A stretch of DNA of 64,000 nt from Candidatus Freyarchaeum deiterrae (GTDB lineage: Archaea; Asgardarchaeota; Jordiarchaeia; Jordiarchaeales; Jordiarchaeaceae), in assembly GCA_037305845.1 (NCBI GenBank), contig CP147778.1, forward strand, positions 3,200,001 through 3,264,000, given 5' to 3'. Numbering within the stretch: position 1 is the stretch's first letter; every line of letters begins with the position of its first letter. Below, piece by piece: positions 30,486 to 40,180 of this stretch. Both the position numbers and the translations under genes were made by a program. Under the pieces are notes generated by a model. That model had not been told where the DNA came from. It did not search any database and saw nothing but the letters and a program-made list of their open reading frames with translations.

Positions 30486-31403
30486 TCAGTAGTGAGGGGC
30501 TTCTGGGTGAACCTTTTTTATGTAATCTGGTTTGAAGACGTCTTTTTCTTCTAGCGCTTTTTTGAGATATCCCAGTTTTTTGAGGACGGGTACGAAGGCC
30601 ATGGTTGACTCCATGTACTCTCGTGAGAGCATAGCACAGTATTTTGGAGAAACAGCGTACATTTTTTTCACGAAATCTACGCTCACTCCCTTCATCTCCT
30701 TTGAAACTAGTTTAGCCGCCTGTTTGGGATTTTCTCGAATTAGAGCGCAGGCCTTTTTGTGCATTTTTAGAAATTCCATGATCACCTGTGCTTCGTCTTC
30801 TAATTCTTTCCTTACGAGTATGCCGTAGCTGGGATTGTTGGGCCAGAGTCTATTCGGTGGCATTACCAGTTTCACATCGAGTCGCTGAGAAGCGGCGACG
30901 AATAGAGCGGGGGTTCCAACAGCGGCTTGTATCTCGCCGTTTTCGAGGGCTTCTGGAAGGAGCTCCGCCCATTCATAGTTCTCCACAGTGGCACCAGTTA
31001 AATCCAGTTTCTCAAGCAGGTCACGTATGATAACGTCGTGGATTGATCCTCTTGTTGGTGTGCCTATTTTCTTATCCTGAAACTGTTCCAAGACCTTTCG
31101 GGCTTCTTTCAGTTCTTCAAGCGATTTATAATCCTCAGTGGCTAGCATGACCGTGCCCTCGACGTGTCCTCCTGCCACGCAGATAATGGGGACGCCTCGG
31201 TCTATGGCTATCATTGCTGGAGGTAGACCTATGTAGCCGATGTCAATATCTCTGTCACCAAATGCTTTAGTCATAGCGGGTCCAGTGGGATACAGTCTCC
31301 AATCCACAATCCGCTTTAATTGCTCCTCAAGCCAGCCTCCACTCTTTAGAACATAGGACGTGTGATACATTGTGGGCAGGTAACCTACTCTCAGCTCCTT
31401 CAA
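30486..31403 (-). CDS. SsuA/TauA/THI5-like substrate-binding-fold protein with no signal peptide
   Basis: GP...AF....IDIGYIGLPPA, IGTPTRGSIHD. Confidence 0.8.
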   Translation of the reverse strand: MKELRVGYLPTMYHTSYVLKSGGWLEEQLKRIVDWRLYPTGPAMTKAFGDRDIDIGYIGLPPAMIAIDRGVPIICVAGGHVEGTVMLATEDYKSLEELKEARKVLEQFQDKKIGTPTRGSIHDVIIRDLLEKLDLTGATVENYEWAELLPEALENGEIQAAVGTPALFVAASQRLDVKLVMPPNRLWPNNPSYGILVRKELEDEAQVIMEFLKMHKKACALIRENPKQAAKLVSKEMKGVSVDFVKKMYAVSPKYCAMLSREYMESTMAFVPVLKKLGYLKKALEEKDVFKPDYIKKVHPEAPHY

Positions 31404-31407
31404 TCAT

Positions 31408-31674
31408 CTAACCTCCGGCTATTGGTACAAATATACTAACTGTGTCTCCATCATTTATTTTTCCCTGTGGATTGTTTGCTTCTTTTCCGTTCAGCATTAC
31501 TCTGACATACTCTCTTAGAGATCCTTTCTCGTCTATTACTACTTCTCTGAATCTTTCCCCGTACTTCTGGCAGAGATAATCTATAAGTAACTGGATGGTT
31601 TCCTTTTTTTCGGTTTCTATGGTTCCCTCTCCAACTATATCGCGGAGCATGGTTAGAAATTTCACTTTTATCAT
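31408..31674 (-). CDS. MoaD/ThiS/SAMP ubiquitin-like sulfur carrier
   Basis: 88 aa, DGDTVSIFVPIAGG with a C-terminal diglycine. Confidence 0.93.
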   Translation of the reverse strand: MIKVKFLTMLRDIVGEGTIETEKKETIQLLIDYLCQKYGERFREVVIDEKGSLREYVRVMLNGKEANNPQGKINDGDTVSIFVPIAGG

Positions 31675-32052
31675 TTATATTCCCTCAAGTCAATCTCCGA
31701 CATTAGAAATTCCATTTTAAATTCATAGTATAAACTTAAGGGAGAGCGGCGTCAAAAATATTTCCACGAGAAAATTATGGATTGAAAAAATGAGGAGTTT
31801 ATTTTAAGCTTATATTTTTGCGAATTTCTTCACGATTTTCCATGCTTCACTCATTATTCTCTCAATGACTTCTTGGCAGATTAGGAGTATGTGTATTGTA
31901 TTAAATTTATTAATTTTGAGTTCCGGCTTGAAGCATTTACCAAGTTTCTCTATATACCTTTTAGAGGATTATTGAAAACAAATATATAACAGGTTTGCTA
32001 AATCTTTTTTTAGGGCAATTCTGAATTTTTTTCGACCCAGAAGGGAAATTGC

Positions 32053-33624
32053 ATGAACGCCTTGCGAATTAGTGCCACGGGGATGCCAGTTTTGGACTCG
32101 CTTTTAGGTGGGGGATTCTTATCAAATTCAGTTGTTACCATATCTCACCAACCTAGTGTTGCTAACTACTGGGAGTTAGTTTACCGCATGGCGATTAGTA
32201 ATTTTGATAGTGATTTTTATTCTATTCTAGTTACTTTTCGCTTTTCAATAGAGGAATACCTGAATCGAGTAAAATTTTCGGCACAAAATGACCCAAATTT
32301 TGCAGCAATAGTCGAAAACGGTTTATCTGGAATATTCAGCGTTATCGACTGTTTCAACGTATCTGAGGGTGAAGAGGATTCGCGAAAGGGTAATGTCTAC
32401 TATGTCTCTAATCCTTTTAATGCGAATAATCTTCTGTCGGTGATGTCTAATGTTAGAGAAAGAGTTCCTGAAGGCAAGCATGTATTATGGATTTTTTTCG
32501 ATCTAACCGATATGAACATCGGCTTACCTGAGGATGAAGTTGTAAAGTTCTGCAGAAGAGCTTTCCGCTATCACAAGCAGCGTGGAGATCAAGCACTCTA
32601 TTTTCTTAATGAGAAAGCTCAATCGAACACGTTTTTTGCTAAGATTTACCAGTTATCAGATGTTTTCATCAAGCTCATCGCTGAAGAAACCTCATGGGGA
32701 CTGACTAGTGCTGTTCAAGTTATAAAGAGTGTTTTTCCCTTCCAGTCCAAGAAGGTCTTTTATGATATAGATGAGAACGGGAAGCTTCAATTCTTAAAAA
32801 ATAAACCAGAAAATAAACCAAAAAAGCCAACCAGTAATAATATTTTAAGTGGAAAGGCTGGTGGGGAAGATTTGAGATTATTCAGAACTGGAATACCTAG
32901 TTTCGATTCCTTGCTAGGTGGCGGAATGTTCTTGAACTCAATAATAGTTGGTTCTCATCAGTACGGTGTCAGAATTCTCGAACCCTCACTCCAACTTTTC
33001 CGAGACAAATTTGGTGAAAAAACACACGTAATACAGGTCAACTATCATTACTCACCAGATGAATACGAGATTCGCTCCAAAATTTTGAGGCAGAAAGCTG
33101 AGATCCATGAACTCCCCGCAAAAAGCTTTTCAACAGGTAAACTAAGCGTTATTGACTGCTTCAATATAAAAAATAACGAAACCGAAAAGGACAATGAGAA
33201 AAGTAATAATAATATTTACCCTCTTTCCAATCCTTTCAACACGGATAAACTCCTATCAATAATGACAAGGGTTAGAAGCAGTATTCCAGAGGACATGTCC
33301 GCTTTTTGGATATTTACAGACCTGACCGACATGAGTATCGGTGTCTCAGAGGATGAGGTACTAAAGTTTTGCAGAAGGGCTTTCCGATACCACAAGTGGT
33401 GCGGAGACATGGCAATTTACACATTAAACGAACAGGCGCATACCGAAAGATTCCTTGCGAAGCTCTATCAGCTTTCGGATGTTTTCATCAAGTTTATTGG
33501 AGAAGATACACGTGAGGGCATAGATACAAGCATTCAGATCTTAAAGAGTTCTTTTAACTTCAACTCGAAAAAGGCCAAATACCTATTAGATGAGAAAGGT
33601 AATATGCAATTCGCCGAAGATTGA
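32053..33624 (+). CDS. Tandem two-domain KaiC/RAD55-like protein, catalytically degenerate (copy 1)
   Basis: TGMPVLDSLLGGG and TGIPSFDSLLGGG open the two domains; Walker A replaced by HQPSVANY/HQYGVRIL; LSDVFIK strands. Confidence 0.8.
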   Translation: MNALRISATGMPVLDSLLGGGFLSNSVVTISHQPSVANYWELVYRMAISNFDSDFYSILVTFRFSIEEYLNRVKFSAQNDPNFAAIVENGLSGIFSVIDCFNVSEGEEDSRKGNVYYVSNPFNANNLLSVMSNVRERVPEGKHVLWIFFDLTDMNIGLPEDEVVKFCRRAFRYHKQRGDQALYFLNEKAQSNTFFAKIYQLSDVFIKLIAEETSWGLTSAVQVIKSVFPFQSKKVFYDIDENGKLQFLKNKPENKPKKPTSNNILSGKAGGEDLRLFRTGIPSFDSLLGGGMFLNSIIVGSHQYGVRILEPSLQLFRDKFGEKTHVIQVNYHYSPDEYEIRSKILRQKAEIHELPAKSFSTGKLSVIDCFNIKNNETEKDNEKSNNNIYPLSNPFNTDKLLSIMTRVRSSIPEDMSAFWIFTDLTDMSIGVSEDEVLKFCRRAFRYHKWCGDMAIYTLNEQAHTERFLAKLYQLSDVFIKFIGEDTREGIDTSIQILKSSFNFNSKKAKYLLDEKGNMQFAED

Positions 33625-33852
33625 TAAAAGGAATCTAAAAAACTAACACTTTTCTAAACTCATAGTAAGTTCTCATAATTGTATAAATTCTCAAAACAGG
33701 ACTACATATAGTATCACTGTGTTGAGCAAATAACCTCGAATAACTAAGAGCATTGCCGATTTTTTGAGAAAACAATAATTTATATTAGACTTATTACTTA
33801 AATATAATTGATGATATGCTATTGAATTTTTGGTATTTTGGTGGGAAAGTTT

Positions 33853-35442
33853 ATGGAAGAATTGAATGTTATTAAGACAGGGATGCCCTTTCTGGATGAG
33901 CTCTTGGGTGGGGGCCTTCTGGGTCCAGTTATCGTCGTTTTCAAACAGCCAGGTGCTAAATTTTGGGAGCTGGTCCATCGCATATTGTACAATAATTATA
34001 ATGATAAATTTTACATGATTACAGTCACTTTTCACTCATCTATGCAAGAATACGAAACGCGAGTAAAATATGCGATGAAAGACCCTGAATCTTTTAAAGA
34101 AATCATGAAAATCTATTCGACTGATAACTCGAGTATTATCGATTGTTTCAGCATACATGATGAAGAAACTGATTCAGAAAAAGGCAATGTTTGCTATGTT
34201 TCCAATCCTTTTAACATGGATAATCTTTTGACTGCGATGTCTACTGTTAGAGAGAATGTACCCAGAGACAAGAGAGTCTACTGGAACTTTCCCAATATCA
34301 CAAATATGAGTATAGGGGCTTCTGAGGATGACCTTTTAAAGTTCTGCAGAAGGGCTTTCCGCTATCACAAGCAGCAGGGAGACCAGGCAATCTACGTATT
34401 TAATGAGAGGGCACATACGAGCATATTTTTTGGCAAGTTGTACCAGTTATCAGATGTTTTCATCAAGCTTATCTCTGATGAAAGATTATGGGGGATTGAA
34501 AACAGTATCCAAGCAATAAAGAACGTTTGGACAGCCCGAGCGACGAAGAAAGCCTTTTATGATGTAAAAGAAAACATGGAGATTCAATTTAGACAAAATA
34601 AACTGGAGAGTAAACCACAAATACCTCCTACAGGCAGCCTTTCCAAGATTAAATCTTTTGAAAGTGGCGATGATAAAGAATACTTGAAAATTATTCGAAC
34701 GGGTATACCCCAGTTGGACGCGTTATTTGGAGGCGGAATATTCTCGAATTCGAAAATCGTTGCTGCGTATCAACCAGGGGCCATATTTGCTGAACCAATT
34801 GAGTATATTGCGTTTACAGCCCAAAACCAGTTGGGTGAAAAAACCCACATAATTTCTATTGATTATTCCCTTTCAATTCAGCAATTCTTAACATATTTTA
34901 AAATTATGGGGCAGAGGATCGGGATTCCCCCTAGTTCTCTAGATAACTTTCTCAATAATCATACTATTATCGACTGTCTTAACGTAGAGGAAGATAAAAC
35001 TGATAATCGGAAAAATAATATTTACTCCGTTTCTAATCCTTTTGATGTGGAGAGACTTTTGTCTTTAATGGCAAATATTAGAACCGCTATACCAGAGGAT
35101 GAACGGGTTTTTTGGGGTTTCTATACTCTAACAGATATGAGCATCGGTGTTCCTGAAGATGAATTGATAAAGTTCTGCAGAAGGGCTTTCCGCTACCATA
35201 AATGGTGCGGCGACATGGCACTCTACATTCTTAACGAGCAGGCGCATTCAGAAAGATTTCTTGCAAGACTCTATCAGCTGTCGGATGTTTGCATCAAGTT
35301 TTCTGCGGAGTACGCGGGTGACGATGTAAATACTCTCGTTCAGGTCTTGAGGAGCCCTCTTAACTATAACCTAGCAAAAGTTAAACTCCTATTAGATGAG
35401 AAAGGACAAATGCAATTCGTTCAAGATTCACAAGGAGTTTAA
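33853..35442 (+). CDS. Tandem two-domain degenerate KaiC-like protein (copy 2)
   Basis: TGMPFLDELLGGG / TGIPQLDALFGGG; QPGAKF and QPGAIF in place of GxPGxGKT; ATG 33853. Confidence 0.8.
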   Translation: MEELNVIKTGMPFLDELLGGGLLGPVIVVFKQPGAKFWELVHRILYNNYNDKFYMITVTFHSSMQEYETRVKYAMKDPESFKEIMKIYSTDNSSIIDCFSIHDEETDSEKGNVCYVSNPFNMDNLLTAMSTVRENVPRDKRVYWNFPNITNMSIGASEDDLLKFCRRAFRYHKQQGDQAIYVFNERAHTSIFFGKLYQLSDVFIKLISDERLWGIENSIQAIKNVWTARATKKAFYDVKENMEIQFRQNKLESKPQIPPTGSLSKIKSFESGDDKEYLKIIRTGIPQLDALFGGGIFSNSKIVAAYQPGAIFAEPIEYIAFTAQNQLGEKTHIISIDYSLSIQQFLTYFKIMGQRIGIPPSSLDNFLNNHTIIDCLNVEEDKTDNRKNNIYSVSNPFDVERLLSLMANIRTAIPEDERVFWGFYTLTDMSIGVPEDELIKFCRRAFRYHKWCGDMALYILNEQAHSERFLARLYQLSDVCIKFSAEYAGDDVNTLVQVLRSPLNYNLAKVKLLLDEKGQMQFVQDSQGV

Positions 35443-35644
35443 AAAACTAATTTTTCGCTAAACTTCTATAAGGTCTTCATAATCTTATAAGTTCTAGTTC
35501 TCCAAAGTGGGCTTTGCACAGTGTAGCTAAGTTTAGAGAATAACCTATAATAGCTAAAACTAGATTTTTTTTAAAGAACACATAAGTTATATATTACTTA
35601 TATCAAGTAGTTGTATTGTATAATATACATATTCAATTTTTGAT

Positions 35645-37219
35645 ATGGGTGGGAAAAGTGTGGAAGAATTGAAAATCACTAAAACAGGAATACCCTTTCT
35701 AGATTCACTCCTAGGTGGAGGCCTCTTAGGTTATATTGTTACCATTTCCCAACAACCCGGTGTTAAATTTTGGGAGCTAATCCACCGTATACTATACAAT
35801 AATTATAATGAAAAATTTTACCTGATTCTCGCCACTTTTCACCTTTCTCTGCAAGAATACCAAGACCGGGTGAAATATTCGACGAGTAACCCCAAATCTT
35901 TAGAAGAAATAAATAAAATCCTTTCAACTGGCAAACTAAGTGTTATCGATTGTTTCGGTATACATGATGAGGAAACCAATTCGGAGAAAGATAGCATTCA
36001 CTATGTTTCTAATCCCTTCAACGTGGATAATCTCCTTTCCATAATGTCTGATGTTAGAGAGAAAATCCCCGAAGATAAGCAAGTATATTGGTACTTTCCC
36101 GATATTACAAACATGAGCATAGGAACCCCTGAAGAGGACTTGGTGAAGTTCTGCAGAAGAGCCTTCCGCTACCATAAGCAGCAGGGGGACCTGGCAATCT
36201 ATATACTGAATGAGAAGGCTCACTCGGAAGAATTTTTTGCAAAGCTGTACCAGTTGTCGGACGTTTTCATCAAACTTGTCGCTAAAGAAAACAAGTGGGG
36301 ACTTGAAAACGTTGTTCAAGTAATCAAGGGACCTTTCCAAATCCAATCAAAGAAAGCCTTTTACGATGTAAAAGAAAACCTAGAGATTCAGTTCAGAAAA
36401 AATGAACTGAAAAGTGTACCACAAACTTTACTCCCTAATAGTCTTTCTGAAATTAGACCTTCAGAAGGTGCCAGGCATAAAGTAGACTCTGAACTTATCA
36501 GAACTAAAATACCAATACTGGATTCTTTGTTAGGAGGTGGAATACCTCCCAATTCGATAGTTGTTTCTTCGTATCATCAGGGAGTCATGATTGTAGAACC
36601 TGTTATGTATATGCTCCAAGATCAGCTCGGCGAAAAAAACCACGTAATCATAATTAATTATCCTTTCTCAATTCAGCAATTCGCCACCTATTTAAAAATC
36701 ATGGAGAAAAGATTTCTTCAAACTTTTCCTTCGAAAAGCTTTTTGCATGATAACCTTACTATTATTGACTGTCTTAACGTACAGCAACATCAAACTGATA
36801 CTCCGAAGAATAATGTTTACACCGTCTCTAACCCCTTCGATGTGGACAAACTTTTATCCGCAATGACAGATGTTAGAAACAGCATCCCTGAGAATAGGAA
36901 AGTTTTTTGGGCTTTCTATAGTCTAACGGAAATGAGCATCGGCGTTCATGAAGATGAGCTGATTAAGTTTTGCAGAAGAGCTTTCCGCTACCATAAATGG
37001 TGCGGGGATCAAGCGCTCTACATTCTTAACGAACAGGCTCACTCCGAAATATTCCTTTCAAAACTCTACCAGCTGTCTGATGTGTTCATCAAGTTTATCG
37101 CGGAGGATACCCGTAAAGGGATAGATACTTTCATTCAGATCTTAAAAAGTCCTCTTAAATATGACCAAGCAAAAGTTAAATTTCTACTAGATAGAAAAGG
37201 AAGACTGCCATCTGGTTAA
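35645..37219 (+). CDS. Tandem two-domain degenerate KaiC-like protein (copy 3)
   Basis: TGIPFLDSLLGGG / TKIPILDSLLGGG; QPGVKF and HQGVMI; KFCRRAFRYHK twice. Confidence 0.8.
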   Translation: MGGKSVEELKITKTGIPFLDSLLGGGLLGYIVTISQQPGVKFWELIHRILYNNYNEKFYLILATFHLSLQEYQDRVKYSTSNPKSLEEINKILSTGKLSVIDCFGIHDEETNSEKDSIHYVSNPFNVDNLLSIMSDVREKIPEDKQVYWYFPDITNMSIGTPEEDLVKFCRRAFRYHKQQGDLAIYILNEKAHSEEFFAKLYQLSDVFIKLVAKENKWGLENVVQVIKGPFQIQSKKAFYDVKENLEIQFRKNELKSVPQTLLPNSLSEIRPSEGARHKVDSELIRTKIPILDSLLGGGIPPNSIVVSSYHQGVMIVEPVMYMLQDQLGEKNHVIIINYPFSIQQFATYLKIMEKRFLQTFPSKSFLHDNLTIIDCLNVQQHQTDTPKNNVYTVSNPFDVDKLLSAMTDVRNSIPENRKVFWAFYSLTEMSIGVHEDELIKFCRRAFRYHKWCGDQALYILNEQAHSEIFLSKLYQLSDVFIKFIAEDTRKGIDTFIQILKSPLKYDQAKVKFLLDRKGRLPSG

Positions 37220-37335
37220 TACCCGCGCGGGTGACTTTTAGAGATTTAGGTGTCCTTTTTTTAGAGTTCTAACAAAACAAAAAATTAATTAGTTTATGGT
37301 TCTATCTTATTCTGAGTCTTTGGTGGTGTTATGTA

Positions 37336-38256
37336 ATGCTTACTTTTGAGAGTGTACAGAAGATTTTCGATATAGGTAAAGTCAAAATTGGTGGCCAGCC
37401 TGGAGCGTTGCCTACGGTTTTGATTGGTTCAATATTTTATGATAGGCACAAGATAGTTAGCGACCCCATGGAAGGCGTCTTCGATAGGGGTAAAGCGGAA
37501 GAGCTGATAAAGAGACAAGAGGAAATGTCAGACAAGACCGGGAACCCTCACATGGTGGATATTGTGGGTTCGAGCGGAACCGCCATCGTGAAGTACATTG
37601 AATTCGTGGCGGGAGTTACAGATGCTCCCTTTTTTGTAGACAGCACTGCAACTGATGTAAAAATGGAGGGGTTAAAATACTCCGCCGAGGTGGGGTTGCT
37701 AGACCGAGCCGTTTATAATTCGATAACCTACCACGTCTCCGACCAAGAGGTCGAGGAGCTCAAAAGCATCGGAGTGAAGTCAGCGATTCTACTCGGCTAC
37801 AATCCTCGAAATGTAAAACCCGAGGGAAGAATCGAACTCCTGAAAGGCGACGAAAATAAAAAGGGTCTCTTGCAATACGCTGAGGATGCAGGAATCCAAA
37901 ACGTCTTGGTTGACACCGCGGTACTGGATGTTCCAAGCATCGGGATAGCCGCAGAGGCGGTTAAACAGGTGAAAAAAGAATTCGGACTGCCAAGCGGCGG
38001 AGGACCATTGAACGCAGTTCTGGAGTGGAAAAGAGTAACCGAACTGGGAGAAAACGCCAAAAAAGTCTGCGCCGCAACTGCGGTCACAGCAATGATACAC
38101 GCCGGAGCAAACTGGGTCTTATACGGACCGATATATAATTCGGATGTCGTGTTCCCTGCAGTAGCGATGGTGGACGCCACAATAGCATACACGAACTCCA
38201 GGATGCGGGTAATCAGCATCATGACTAAGAATCATCCACTGTACAAAATATTCTAA
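37336..38256 (+). CDS. mtrH: Tetrahydromethanopterin S-methyltransferase subunit H-like protein (stand-alone)
   Basis: IGGQPG.LPTVLIGSIFY..HKIV, YNSI, LYGPI, HPLYKIF. Confidence 0.9.
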   Translation: MLTFESVQKIFDIGKVKIGGQPGALPTVLIGSIFYDRHKIVSDPMEGVFDRGKAEELIKRQEEMSDKTGNPHMVDIVGSSGTAIVKYIEFVAGVTDAPFFVDSTATDVKMEGLKYSAEVGLLDRAVYNSITYHVSDQEVEELKSIGVKSAILLGYNPRNVKPEGRIELLKGDENKKGLLQYAEDAGIQNVLVDTAVLDVPSIGIAAEAVKQVKKEFGLPSGGGPLNAVLEWKRVTELGENAKKVCAATAVTAMIHAGANWVLYGPIYNSDVVFPAVAMVDATIAYTNSRMRVISIMTKNHPLYKIF

Positions 38257-38503
38257 TTGTACTCACTTATTTGTTATACCCCATAAATGCCTTGCAGTAG
38301 ATTCAGGTTAAGCGAATGTGATTGGAACGGGTTCAAAAATCTTTTTCATTTTATTATTTTCGAATTGAAATAAATTTTTAAACTTTGAAAATTTTTAAAT
38401 GAGAATTATGTGAGTATTTATTAAGCTCTTAGAAGGTTACCCGTTTTGGAGGGATTGAACCTTTAAAATTTATAGAGGCAATGTGTTTTAGGAGGCAATA
38501 CAC

Positions 38504-39097
38504 ATGAGTTTTTGGAAGTCGGCCTATTCTTCCTCTCCTCCTCCATGGGATATTGGACGCCCCCAGCCAGCATTCGTGGAATTGGTGAGCAGTGGAGAGA
38601 TTAGACCGGGAAGGGTTTTGGATGTGGGGTGCGGAACGGGGAATAACGCTATCTTTCTTGTAAAAAGCGGCTACGCTGTCGTAGGCGTTGACATAGTCCC
38701 AGAAGCAATTCAAATCGCGAGAAACAGAGCCACCGAGCAGAATGCCAAAGTTGACTTTCTGGTTAGCATCGCACTAGAGTTGCATTCGCACTTCAAGGAA
38801 GAGGAATTTGATGACGTTATAGATTCTGGGTTCTTTCACACATTATCAGATGAGGAGAGACAGACATTCTCCAGTCAGATAAACCGAGTGCTACGCAGAG
38901 GTGCAAACTACTTCATGCTATGCTTCTCCGATAAGGAACGCGGAGATTGGGGACCTAGAAGAGTAAGCAAGAATGAAATTAAGCAGACGTTCTCACCAAT
39001 ATTCAGGATTAATTACATAAAAGAGACACGATTCGGTACGAGGTGGAGTGACAAAGGGGCTAAAGCTTACATTACGTCAGCAACAAAAGTCAGCTAA
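38504..39097 (+). CDS. Class I SAM-dependent methyltransferase (TPMT-like)
   Basis: PPWDIGRPQP, VLDVGCGTG, DSGFFH. Confidence 0.9.
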   Translation: MSFWKSAYSSSPPPWDIGRPQPAFVELVSSGEIRPGRVLDVGCGTGNNAIFLVKSGYAVVGVDIVPEAIQIARNRATEQNAKVDFLVSIALELHSHFKEEEFDDVIDSGFFHTLSDEERQTFSSQINRVLRRGANYFMLCFSDKERGDWGPRRVSKNEIKQTFSPIFRINYIKETRFGTRWSDKGAKAYITSATKVS

Positions 39098-39209
39098 GAA
39101 TCAACCTGCAAAGGAAAATACTCACTTTATTATTACAACTAGAATATTTTTAAGAAGCAAGGAAAATGCTAAAATCACCAGGAAAATATCTGTTTTTGGG
39201 GGCTACATT

Positions 39210-40139
39210 TTGAGAAAGGCTACCGAGAGAAAAAGCTTCGTTATTAGAGTTAAAGAACCCTTCAATTTTAATCTCACCATTAAGAAACCTGCGGGATGGA
39301 GTTGGATAAGCCCGTATGAAGTTATGGAACAGAACAAGTTCTGGAGCACGTTAAGACTGAGAAAAGGAAAACTTTTGGGAGTAAAACTCAATCAACGAAA
39401 AAAAGGAATAGAAGCCATAATCTACTCGGAAGAAGAAGTCACAGAGGAACAGGCAAACGAAACATTAAACATTTTCAAAATCGGACTAGGCGCAGATATT
39501 GATTTGAACGAATTTTATGGAATTGCGAAAAAAGACAGCGTATTAAAACACGTAATCCCCGACCTCTACGGAATGAAGCCGTACTTCGCGAGCTCTGTTT
39601 TTGAAAAGGCACTACTAGCAATTTGTCTTCAGATGGCTCCCATAAAGAGAAGCAACGAAATGCTGGACTGTATAACCGATAACTATGGAGAGAACCTAAC
39701 CTTCGATGGCAAAAACCTGAAACACTGGCCCTCAACAAGCAGACTGAGAAGGGTAAGCGAAAAGGAACTGAAAGAAAAATGCAAACTGGGGTACAGGGCA
39801 AAATTCATAAACGAACTCTCCAAGGTTGAACATATACCAGATATAACGGAACTCTGGGGAAAAACCACGGAAGAGGCTATAAAGGAATTAACCGACCTTC
39901 CGGGAATAGGAAAATACTCGGCTGGAGTGATACTATCAAAAAACACTTTCCCAATTGACGTTTGGAGCAGCAGCATCTTCCACAAATTGTTTTTCCGAAA
40001 AGCCCCAGACAAACCACGCGACGTAATAGAAAAAGTAATCGAAGAAGCTGAAAAAAGATACAAGAAATGGAAGTGGGAAGCCTTCGCTTATGTATTGAAC
40101 GATCTTCCCAAACTGGAGCCAATTATAAAGAACATCTAA
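39210..40139 (+). CDS. HhH-GPD DNA glycosylase (AlkA/Ogg-like)
   Basis: LGYRAK, LPGIGKYSA...FPIDVW; start moved to TTG 39210. Confidence 0.85.
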   Translation: MRKATERKSFVIRVKEPFNFNLTIKKPAGWSWISPYEVMEQNKFWSTLRLRKGKLLGVKLNQRKKGIEAIIYSEEEVTEEQANETLNIFKIGLGADIDLNEFYGIAKKDSVLKHVIPDLYGMKPYFASSVFEKALLAICLQMAPIKRSNEMLDCITDNYGENLTFDGKNLKHWPSTSRLRRVSEKELKEKCKLGYRAKFINELSKVEHIPDITELWGKTTEEAIKELTDLPGIGKYSAGVILSKNTFPIDVWSSSIFHKLFFRKAPDKPRDVIEKVIEEAEKRYKKWKWEAFAYVLNDLPKLEPIIKNI

Positions 40140-40180
40140 AACACACACATCGTTTCTATTATTTTATCCACCGATGGACT

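Noticed and set aside
32053-37219. A KaiABC-type circadian clock
   Set aside because: No kaiA or kaiB, ATPase motifs are dead, and the KaiC Ser-Thr phosphosites align to Tyr-Gln
37221-37232. Perfect palindrome ACCCGCGCGGGT after pseudo-KaiC copy 3
   Set aside because: Single occurrence noticed; no supporting context
39048-39209. N-terminal extension of the glycosylase overlapping the methyltransferase
   Set aside because: This DNA is the methyltransferase 3' end and intergenic sequence (also duplicated near 41490-41615); TTG 39210 is a better start
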